Below, one piece after another: positions 10,027-18,220 of a DNA stretch of 23,607 nt (positions are counted from its first letter, which is position 1; each line of letters starts with the position of its first letter). Under the pieces are notes generated by a model, which was not told the DNA's origin, did no database searches, and saw only the letters and a program-made list of their open reading frames with translations. The position numbers were made by a program, and so were the translations under genes. Location: NCBI GenBank assembly GCA_048885925.1, contig JBHLLG010000041.1, positions 1 to 23,607 of the forward strand. Reading direction: 5' to 3'. This DNA comes from Candidatus Hermodarchaeota archaeon. GTDB taxonomy: Archaea; Asgardarchaeota; Lokiarchaeia; Sigyniarchaeales; SOKP01.

Positions 10027-10611
10027 TTAGAGTGGTTTAGCTAAAATTGCTTTAACTCTTAATTGATCGAATAGACTTGTAGGCATTGTTTTAATTAGAC
10101 ATACCGTATCTGCTCCACGTCCAGTTCCAGCAATACATATGATATCTTTTTCTATATTACTAATTAATCCTGCATCAGCCACCATTGTAGCAATCTCGAT
10201 GCATACCTTTATCCCTTGACTAAAAAGAGTGCGAAAATATTTTGCCATTATCTCTACGGGACCCCATTGCTGTAATGAAATTCTCATACTACGTTCTGGA
10301 CCTGCTAAAGCATGAGTACCAATAAAGAACTTCATTCCTTTATTTTTAAGACTTGTAATTTTTTCTTCTGGAAACTCCTGTCTCTTATTTACACCGGCAA
10401 AATAATAAGAATGTGTTACTACAATCAGATTATAGTCAGTTGGATTGAAAATTTCAAGTGCTTTTTCAGCAGTCATACCAGTTGTACTAGCCATAACAAT
10501 ATCTTTAATACCAAATTGATTTGCATATTTTTGTGCAATTTCTAGTGCTTTTTTAGTGTTATGCGGGCCACCCTCCTCAAAATAAGTGACTTCAATTTTA
10601 AGATCAGTCAT
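10027..10611 (-). CDS. Pyruvate kinase C-terminal-like alpha/beta domain protein (MTH1675-like)
   Basis: YFEEGGPHNT, VMASTTGMTA, VVTH, FSQGIKVCIEIATMVADAG and AGTGRGADT motifs typical of this archaeal family. Confidence 0.8.
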   Translation of the reverse strand: MTDLKIEVTYFEEGGPHNTKKALEIAQKYANQFGIKDIVMASTTGMTAEKALEIFNPTDYNLIVVTHSYYFAGVNKRQEFPEEKITSLKNKGMKFFIGTHALAGPERSMRISLQQWGPVEIMAKYFRTLFSQGIKVCIEIATMVADAGLISNIEKDIICIAGTGRGADTVCLIKTMPTSLFDQLRVKAILAKPL

Positions 10612-10804
10612 ATTACATCATACTTATTAATTTTAACAGTTAAAATATAATTTTTTTATTAAGATAAAATACGATTATACTTAAATGATTATTATTGAGT
10701 TTAAAGTTGCTCTAAATAAAGGTTAAGATAGTTTTAAAAAGATCAAAATTTAAATAGATTTAACTATATTTTTTGTAAATTTAATAACAAACATGGGATA
10801 TCAT

Positions 10805-12256
10805 ATGAGTGAAAGAAAAGTATCTTTAAAAGAGAAAATACTATTTGGGACAAACGCTTTTCCAGATCAAATTTGAGTGAATTATAACGTCACTAAAGAT
10901 CAATTAACATACCAAGCGTTTACGATCTATGTTTTTACTTTTTATTTTGCAGTTGTAGGTCTTTCAATGCTTGAAATGTGGATTGGATTCGTTTTATGGG
11001 GTATTTGGAATATGTTTAACGACCCATTACTTGGAGCATTAAGTGAGAAAACTAAGCAGAAAGGGAAATTAGGAAAAAGAAAGTTTTATTTAATTATATC
11101 TTTTATTCCCTTAGCGTTGATAATGATTTTTCTTTTTACAGTACCTGCCAATTTTAAATTCTGGTATTTTATATTCATTATCTTTACTTTTGAGTTCTTT
11201 TACACAATGTTTTCAGTAAATACTAATGCTGTATTCCCAGAAATGTTTCCAACAGAAAAACAAAGAGGAGAAGTAAATGTTTTTATAAAAATTTTTACTA
11301 TGATTGCAGTAATATTTGCATCATTAATTCCAACTATTATTGTATCTCCCTCTTTGGTTCCTTTACTTGATCCAGGGGATCCAGGTTATGCTGCAGAAGT
11401 TGCTGACATTAATTTTAAATATATAGTCTCAGGAGTTGTTCTAGCTATAATAATATTGATCATGGCCGTATTATTCATATTCTTTGGGGTAAAAGAAAAG
11501 GAAGAGCAATTAATTGATTTTCAAAAACGACCAGGGTTCTTCGCATCATTGAAAATTACATTCTCAAACCGAACGTTTATAAAATTCACACTAGGAAATA
11601 TGCTTATTTGGTATTGCTTTAATGTATTATTAACTGTATTTCCACTTTATTCCGTTTATGTTCTTGGAAGATCTGAAGGAGCCCTTTTAATTGGAATTAC
11701 TTTAATGTTAGCACTTCTTTCTGCTGCTTTTCTTATGCCCATTCAAGCAAGGATTAGAAAAAAATATGGTACTCGTAAAGGCTTGATGATTGGCTTAGCA
11801 ATATGGATAGTCACATTATTTCCATTAGTTTTTCTATCAAACAATGAAATAAGTAGAACATTATCATTTTTTGTTTTCATATCGATAGGATTTGGATTAT
11901 CAGCAGCGCTATTTTTTATTGATATTATTCATGGTGATGTAATTGATCAAGATGCACTTAATTTTGGTGTAAAAAGAGCAGCGAGTTATTATGGAGTAAA
12001 TGCTTTTATCCATCGCTTTTCAATGATACTTGGAATTACAACTATTTATATCATATTTTCAGGAACTGGATGGAGTAGATATGTACCAGTCGTTGCTGAT
12101 CCATTATTAAGAGAAATAGGTATAAAAGCTTTGATGTTTCTGTTTCCTTCAATAGCACTCATTGGATCGCTCCTTTTTTTCAAATTTTACGATTTACACG
12201 GTGAAAAACTCGAATGGGTAAGAGAGGAACTAGAAAAGCATCCTGAATTAAAATAG
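10805..12256 (+). CDS. GPH/MelB-like (MFS_2) transporter interrupted near the 5' end by a 33-nt insert with an in-frame TGA
   Basis: ATG 10805 (or in-frame ATG 10793) gives MSERKVSLKEKILFGTNAFPDQ, a typical GPH N-terminus, in frame with the 10877 ORF. NDPLLGALSE, about 12 TMs and DVIDQD...KRAASYYG motifs. TGA at 10874-10876. Confidence 0.85.
10864..10903 (+). repeat. 7-bp direct repeat AGATCAA (10864-10870 and 10897-10903) around a hairpin
   Basis: Read directly from the sequence. Confidence 0.9.
10871..10903 (+). other. Candidate bulge-helix-bulge (BHB-type) intron / 33-nt insertion
   Basis: GATC(10865-68) pairs with GATC(10898-901), each followed by a 3-nt bulge (AAA, AAT). Inner stem TTT(G)AGTGA/TCACTAAA. 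Removing 10871-10903 yields ...CCA GAT CAA TTA ACA... (PDQLT) with no stop. Confidence 0.55.
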
Positions 12257-12305
12257 AAATGAAATTTTTTTTTCAATTTTTTTATATTAGATGGTAAATT
12301 TATCT

Positions 12306-13235
12306 CTAATTTAAATCTAACATTTTACGAGTTTCATCTAATGTTGCTGGTTTTCTCCCAATTTCATTTGCTAATCGAACCATTCTTTCTACTAATTGGG
12401 CATTACTCTTAACAAGTTCACCCTTTTGATAATATACTGTATCTTCAAGACCAGTTCTAATATTACCACCCATACTCATTGCGATCATTGTAGTTCTAAG
12501 ATTATATCTCCCTATAGTAACAACTTGCCATGTCGATCTTTTAGGAAGTAACTCAACTATATTCAAAAGATTTCTAACAGTAGCAGGTGCACCACCTTTT
12601 ATACCAAGTACAATACTGAAATGAAGTTTCTCATTTTTTTGAAAAACGCCCTTATCGATTAGTTCCATAATATTTGCCATATGGCTTATATCATATACTT
12701 CAATTTCAATACCAGCACCAATTTTTTTACATCCATTCACAAATTTTTTATTAAAATTAATGGGATTATTGAAAATTGAATTTGTTTCCATACCCCTCAT
12801 ATTAGTTCTAAACTCAAAAGTACCAGCATTTATAGTAAACATATCAGGTCGAGGATCTATATTTAATAAATTAAGTCTTTCCTCTAATGTAGCCATTCTA
12901 AGCGCTTGACCATATCTCCTTCCTGATTTACTTACTTTAACTCCATATTCTAAACGAGCTCCAATTCCATTTCCAATTTGAGTAATAATTGGACACTTTT
13001 CTTTTATTAATCGTACTGTTTTGTTATATATGTTAAGATCTGCTGTCGCTAAGCCATCCTCACCCCTTACATGAATATGACACACTGTAGCACCAGCTTC
13101 ATAACATTCTAATGCATCTTTTGCTTGTTCTTCAGGAGTGATTGGTAAATTAGGATTTGACCACTTTCCATGCGCACCTCCAGTAATAGCAGCAGTTATA
13201 ATTACTTTCTCATCAGATAATAAATTTGGCTTCAT
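12306..13235 (-). CDS. Beta-keto acid cleavage enzyme (BKACE/DUF849, Kce-like)
   Basis: IITAAITG, PNLPITPEE, AGATVCHIHVR (HxH), EIEVYD and GGNIRTGLEDT...SNAQLV motifs. Confidence 0.92.
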   Translation of the reverse strand: MKPNLLSDEKVIITAAITGGAHGKWSNPNLPITPEEQAKDALECYEAGATVCHIHVRGEDGLATADLNIYNKTVRLIKEKCPIITQIGNGIGARLEYGVKVSKSGRRYGQALRMATLEERLNLLNIDPRPDMFTINAGTFEFRTNMRGMETNSIFNNPINFNKKFVNGCKKIGAGIEIEVYDISHMANIMELIDKGVFQKNEKLHFSIVLGIKGGAPATVRNLLNIVELLPKRSTWQVVTIGRYNLRTTMIAMSMGGNIRTGLEDTVYYQKGELVKSNAQLVERMVRLANEIGRKPATLDETRKMLDLN

Positions 13236-13327
13236 AATTATCTTAATCTATCTATATCAATTTTTATATAATTACAAAATACTCCATTTATAATTTTATA
13301 ATAATTTACTTCATTTAATTTTAGTTT

Positions 13328-14167
13328 TTACTTTTTCTTCCATGTATAGAAACCTACACCTGTTTTCATTCCAAGTTTCCCATTATCAACCATTTCCTTA
13401 AGTTTGTCAGGTGGTTTATCTCTAGGATCACCACTTTCATGATAATAACTCATTTGGACTGCATAAACAGTGTCTAAACCAATACCATCCATTAAAACAA
13501 AAGGTCCCATTTTCATACCTGTAAAAGTCTTCCACGCTAAATCTATAGTTTCAATATCAGCATAATCTCCTGCCCAAAGATTTAAAGCTTCTCGTCTTGT
13601 AGCATGCCACATTCTATTAAATACAAATCCATGAGATTCTTTTTTTAATACAATTGGATGACATTCAATACTTTCTATCCATTTTTTACCAATTTCAAAT
13701 ATTTCATCGCTGGTTTTTGTGCCTCGCATAATATCAACCATTGGACGTCGAGGAATTGGGGGATAAAAATGAAGATTCAAAACTTTATCTTTTCTTTCAA
13801 CAACGCCTTCCAACTTAGAAACTGAAATTGAAGAACTATTCGTTGAGATTATAGCATTTTTAGGCGCAATTCTATCAATCTCAGAAAAAATTTTTTTTTT
13901 GAGTTCAATACTTTCGGGAATTGCTTCGATAACTAAATCTGCATCTTTAACTGTTTCTTCAAGCTCATTGTAATAATGGACATTATCAATTAATTCGTAT
14001 TTTTTATTCCGTTTTAATACTCCATTGATATAGTTTTTTGCCTCTTCCAATATTTCTAAATTTATATCAAAAATATTTACATTATAATTGTGTAGAGCTG
14101 TGATTGCTGCTATCTGTTTTCCTGTGAAACCAGCACCAATTACCGACACTTCTTTAATTTCGCTCAT
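13328..14167 (-). CDS. 3-hydroxyacyl-CoA dehydrogenase family protein
   Basis: VIGAGFTG, DLVIEAIPE, STNSSS, LHFY, GFVFNR, MGPF..MDGIGLD and GKLGMKTGVGFY motifs. ATG at 14167 is preferred over TTG at 14176. Confidence 0.9.
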   Translation of the reverse strand: MSEIKEVSVIGAGFTGKQIAAITALHNYNVNIFDINLEILEEAKNYINGVLKRNKKYELIDNVHYYNELEETVKDADLVIEAIPESIELKKKIFSEIDRIAPKNAIISTNSSSISVSKLEGVVERKDKVLNLHFYPPIPRRPMVDIMRGTKTSDEIFEIGKKWIESIECHPIVLKKESHGFVFNRMWHATRREALNLWAGDYADIETIDLAWKTFTGMKMGPFVLMDGIGLDTVYAVQMSYYHESGDPRDKPPDKLKEMVDNGKLGMKTGVGFYTWKKK

Positions 14168-14362
14168 ATTATTCAATTTCCATATTTTTTCATTATCTTA
14201 GTATTATTCTCTATATCATTTGAAGGTTCATAGATAATATTTAAATTGTGTAAGATTTCAGTTAATCATTAAAAATTTCTAAAGAATTTATAGAAATAAT
14301 TTAAATGATGAGATTAATAATTAGAAATAACAATAAAGAATTAAAAGTGAATAATTTTAAAA

Positions 14363-14596
14363 ATGACATTATGTTTTGTTTTAATGCAAATTAAAGCAGG
14401 GTTTGTTGAGAAAGTGGTTAGAAAGCTAAATGAAATTAAAGAGGTTAAAGAAACTTATGCTGTAACTGGAGGTATTGATATTATTGTTAAAGTTGAAGGA
14501 ATTGATGTTGAAACTATTGCAAAGACCATTCTGGCAAAAATCCATAATATTGAGGGCGTTGAGAGAACCGAAACTCATATCGTTGTACCCTTGTAG
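14363..14596 (+). CDS. Stand-alone Lrp/AsnC ligand-binding (RAM) domain protein
   Basis: 77 aa, YAVTGGIDIIVKV...IHNIEGVERTETHIV, no HTH domain. Confidence 0.88.
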   Translation: MTLCFVLMQIKAGFVEKVVRKLNEIKEVKETYAVTGGIDIIVKVEGIDVETIAKTILAKIHNIEGVERTETHIVVPL

Positions 14597-14809
14597 AAAC
14601 AAAATTGATACTTTTTTAACTAAATATAACAGATTTACTTAGATAATTAAGGAACATTAGTCGAATTTAGTGTGATATTCTAATTAATCTAATTGATAAT
14701 ATTTATATATACATAAGTGTTTAATCATACTTAATTGTTAAAAAAATTAACAAATTTTTTTCAATTAGGCGAATACTGATAACTTATTCTTCTTTGGAGG
14801 TAATTTAAA

Positions 14810-15889
14810 ATTCTTTTTTTATCAGCTGAAGGTTGGACTATTGGGGTCGTAAGATTGATTTTTGTCATATGGGGTATTATATGGGGTCCAATTTTGATCT
14901 ACCAAGGAAAAAAATCTAATGTTAAGCTTCTGATCTATTGGGGTATTTTCACGATCGGTGTTTATCTTACACTATTGGGAAGCGCGGTTGATTTTTTAAC
15001 TATCCTCATAACTGGCCAAAATATTAGTGGATTTTTATATATTCTCTTAAGTTGGCCCAATGTAGGTATTAATGTGTTTTTTGTAGTTTTTGTTCTAACT
15101 GAGCTTCTAGCACCAAAGTTTAAATGGTATTTTCTCTCAACTTATATAATCATGCTTCCATTTTATCAATTATCTCTTTTCTTAAATACATGGGATAACG
15201 TAATTTTAACATTTCCTATAATACCCGGTGAAGAAATAATTAACGATACTGTTTTGGGTTGGGTAGGGAATGCACTTTCGCGTGGACTCAATGAACTTAT
15301 ATTTTTAGGAGGTTTTGGTTTAATCTATAAAGGGATGCAATCTAAAGGTATAATTAGAAAAAAATACATCTATTTGGCAATAGCTATTTTCTTACTCTAC
15401 GTTCCTGCGATTTTTGATGCTCTTTTAGATATCCCGATACCTATTTTAGCTATAGTAAGTATCATCCAATTAGGATCTACATGGTTTAGTTATTTAGGAT
15501 TACGAAAAGAACCAGAAAGACGTGAAAAGAAAGTTAAAGAAGAAGTGAAAATCACTGATTCACTTTTTCGAATAATTCAAAGACCCGATCAAATTACCGA
15601 AGAAGAAGTTACCTATTATCGAGAGCAGAAAATTTGCGTGATTTGTAAAGGGAAGGTTGCCGGATTCAACATCTTTCTATGCCCAAACTGTGAAGCCTTA
15701 TATCATGAAGATTGTGCTAGAACGCTTTCTGATTTAGAAAATGCTTGTTGGGTCTGTAATCAACCGATTGATGAAAAAAAACCGACGAAACCCTTTAAAA
15801 TTGTTGAAGAAAAAAAGTTTGGTGAAAAATTAGTAAAAGAAGAGGAGACTTCAAAAATGGATAAAAAAATTTCTCAAGGAAAGGAGTGA
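14810..15889 (+). CDS. Multi-pass (about 7 TM) membrane protein with C-terminal C4HC3 RING-like zinc finger; putative membrane E3 ligase
   Basis: Hydrophobic helices followed by CVIC-x11-CPNC-x4-HEDC-x10-CWVC. Frame is open upstream of TTG 14855 to ATT 14810, 9 nt after GGAGG; start uncertain. Confidence 0.75.
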   Translation: MLFLSAEGWTIGVVRLIFVIWGIIWGPILIYQGKKSNVKLLIYWGIFTIGVYLTLLGSAVDFLTILITGQNISGFLYILLSWPNVGINVFFVVFVLTELLAPKFKWYFLSTYIIMLPFYQLSLFLNTWDNVILTFPIIPGEEIINDTVLGWVGNALSRGLNELIFLGGFGLIYKGMQSKGIIRKKYIYLAIAIFLLYVPAIFDALLDIPIPILAIVSIIQLGSTWFSYLGLRKEPERREKKVKEEVKITDSLFRIIQRPDQITEEEVTYYREQKICVICKGKVAGFNIFLCPNCEALYHEDCARTLSDLENACWVCNQPIDEKKPTKPFKIVEEKKFGEKLVKEEETSKMDKKISQGKE

Positions 15890-15897
15890 CTTAAACC

Positions 15898-16353
15898 ATG
15901 GCTACTGAAATTTCGAAAGGATTAAAATGGACCTTTTTTATTCATTTTGTTGTAACTCTATTATTTGGAGTTGTCTTTACTATGCTCGTTACTATGCTTG
16001 ACCAAGTGTTTGACCTCGTCAACTATCTAAAGATTATTGGCTGGCCTTATTTTGATCCAGTGATTTCAAATTTACTTGGATTTGCTTTTTTTGCACTTGC
16101 ATTATCTTCTTTTATAGCGTGGAAAGAGACCAAATGGGAAAAAGTGAAGATAATTGTGTTAATGGAAATTGCTTGGTTTATGGGTGGTACCTATGTAATG
16201 TTCTGGTCTCTGTATTCGGGGATGATGGCAATCCCAGGAGTTCCGGAATTACCTCCAATGGGGTGGATATATCTCATAATGTTTAGCGCTTTCTTAATTG
16301 CATTTATCGTTTTCTATATCCAACATGAAAAGGAAAAAAAAGAATCAGACTAA
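15898..16353 (+). CDS. Hypothetical 4-TM membrane protein
   Basis: Four hydrophobic segments; GGAGTGA RBS overlapping the upstream stop; 8-nt gap suggests co-transcription. Confidence 0.8.
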   Translation: MATEISKGLKWTFFIHFVVTLLFGVVFTMLVTMLDQVFDLVNYLKIIGWPYFDPVISNLLGFAFFALALSSFIAWKETKWEKVKIIVLMEIAWFMGGTYVMFWSLYSGMMAIPGVPELPPMGWIYLIMFSAFLIAFIVFYIQHEKEKKESD

Positions 16354-16360
16354 TCTCTTA

Positions 16361-17161
16361 CTAAGATTCTTTTTCCAGCTGTTTTTTCAAAAATTCAATA
16401 TTTTCCTTAAGAGTTTCCGCGATGGGATCATCAGTAATATTTAATCTCTCTAAAATCTGAATAGAATCTTCAAACAATTTTAATGCTTCTGGAAATTGAG
16501 AGCGCTTATAATACAATCCAGGAATATCAAAAAATTTATATTTAATACATTGAATTTGTGTTATTAAAATCCAGAAACATATCATCGTTGTTAATATCCA
16601 TTCTATTAATGGATTACGAGTGACTAAAAGAATTATCAAGAAAAAACCTATAAAAAAACCATAAAATGCTAAATATTTTTTAAATCTTGGACCGTGATAC
16701 ATTTTAGCCTTAGGCACATAATACATTAAGATGCTATAAAGAACAATATAAATTGATGAACCTACAAAACTAACCCCAGCAACAAAAAAATGAAAAGCAT
16801 TAAAGAAATACCAATATATTTCATCTGGGTTTTCAATTGGAGTTATTCCAACTAGGGCAATACAGACAGAAGTAAAAATGGATACTCCTGTTGCTAATCT
16901 TCTGATACTGTCTTTAATATTAATCAATTCTCTTTCAAGGTATATATAAAAGGGGATTAATAACGAACCTGTTACAACAAAACAAATACTAAATAACGAT
17001 TTCATTTCTCCCTTTGATAACGAACTTACTGTATTTTCTAACGGAGTATAATCCGGAGTAAGTAAAGCTGTTATCGGTAAAAAAATAATAATAAATAAAA
17101 CACCACCGAGACCAAAATATACTTCCATTTTTGATTCTTTATTTTTTGCCATTCTTGCCAC
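16361..17161 (-). CDS. DUF998-like membrane protein with helical C-terminal tail
   Basis: PDYTPLENTVSSL motif, LVGITP, a conserved-type His and IEW; five to six TMs; TPR-like tail (EALKLFEDSIQILERL). Start may be ATG 17152. Confidence 0.65.
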   Translation of the reverse strand: MARMAKNKESKMEVYFGLGGVLFIIIFLPITALLTPDYTPLENTVSSLSKGEMKSLFSICFVVTGSLLIPFYIYLERELINIKDSIRRLATGVSIFTSVCIALVGITPIENPDEIYWYFFNAFHFFVAGVSFVGSSIYIVLYSILMYYVPKAKMYHGPRFKKYLAFYGFFIGFFLIILLVTRNPLIEWILTTMICFWILITQIQCIKYKFFDIPGLYYKRSQFPEALKLFEDSIQILERLNITDDPIAETLKENIEFLKKQLEKES

Positions 17162-17375
17162 TTTTTAAAATAATAAGTTAAACTAATTTTGTAAAAATTT
17201 CACCTTATTGTATCTAATTATTACCTAAGATTTTATATAATTTGTGTTCAAATATGAATGATCTAACACAGAATAATTTCAAAAAATTAAAAGTTTAAAA
17301 TTTTAAAAGATAAAATTTATATTGAAATAAGTTTGATCTTTATAAATAGGTGAAAGTATCAAATATAATTATTAA

Positions 17376-17957
17376 ATGTTTAAAATTATGAATGACACTA
17401 AAGATAAATTTACTTTTAAAGTTACAGTTATCGGAGATGGGGCAGTAGGAAAAACATCTCTCATAAGAAAGTTTACTAAGGGTGGATTTCAAGAAGAATA
17501 TATTCAAACAATAGGAGCCCAATTTTCTGAATATAATGCGGAAATTGAGGGTGATAGTTCTAAATTATTTTTCTGGGATATAGCAGGTCAAGATACATTC
17601 CATTTTTTGCGCCCTGCTTTCTATAAAGCGAGTGCCGCTGCGATAATAGTTTACTCCCTTGAAGAAAATGATTTAGGGCGAGAAAGTTTTAAACATCTCT
17701 CTGCATGGTATAACGAAATAAAAAAATTTTGTGGTGATATTCCTGTTGTATTATTTGGAAATAAGGTTGACTTGATAGATGAAACCACTCTAAATGATGA
17801 GAGTGCCTTAAAATTTATAGAGAAACATGAGTTATTAGGATATTTTAAAACATCAGCAAAAACAGGACAAGGGGTTAATGATGCATTTCAAAAAATTATT
17901 AGAGAATTATATCATAAATACAAGGGAATCTATTCAGAAATAGATCATTCTAAATAG
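17376..17957 (+). CDS. Rab-like small GTPase (Ras superfamily)
   Basis: G1 GDGAVGKTS, G2 TIG, G3 WDIAGQ, G4 NKVD, G5 SAK; no C-terminal Cys prenylation motif. Confidence 0.93.
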   Translation: MFKIMNDTKDKFTFKVTVIGDGAVGKTSLIRKFTKGGFQEEYIQTIGAQFSEYNAEIEGDSSKLFFWDIAGQDTFHFLRPAFYKASAAAIIVYSLEENDLGRESFKHLSAWYNEIKKFCGDIPVVLFGNKVDLIDETTLNDESALKFIEKHELLGYFKTSAKTGQGVNDAFQKIIRELYHKYKGIYSEIDHSK

Positions 17958-18120
17958 AATTTTCCTCTCTTTTAGAATTTTTATTTTCAATTTCCTCTAC
18001 AATATTGAAATATAGAATTTTATCATTCGGAGGTTTTTGCTTTAAAATCTTTTTATCCTTAGAATAGATTATTTTGGGATTTGTCTCATTGGGTGTTATT
18101 TTTTTGTTTTTTTCATTCAA
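17950..18120 (-). CDS. Possible 56-aa Lys/Asn/Glu-rich small protein (not in the ORF track)
   Basis: Manual translation from TTG 18120 to TAG 17950: MNEKNKKITPNETNPKIIYSKDKKILKQKPPNDKILYFNIVEEIENKNSKREENSI. Strong purine skew on the minus strand; fills the intergenic gap. Confidence 0.4.
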   Translation of the reverse strand: MNEKNKKITPNETNPKIIYSKDKKILKQKPPNDKILYFNIVEEIENKNSKREENSI

Positions 18121-18220
18121 AATTTATCCACAGTTATGAAATTTAATTTATCATAATCATTTTAATTAATATTATTATCTTTTATTAAATTATTAAATTA
18201 ATTACAATAGGGTAAAAAAA

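Noticed and set aside
5633-10545. Short ORFs 5633..5848, 7508..7732, 8762..8953, 8993..9289 and 10312..10545
   Set aside because: All lie antisense to well-supported genes and lack domain features.
10874-10876. In-frame TGA in the MFS gene as selenocysteine or readthrough
   Set aside because: The TGA lies inside a repeat-flanked 33-nt insert within the first TM region, not at a redox Cys position. I identified no SECIS-like element.
10877-10903. GTG 10877 as the true MFS start
   Set aside because: It lies within the insert and would discard the family-typical N-terminus (VSLKEKILFG). Low-level reinitiation cannot be excluded.
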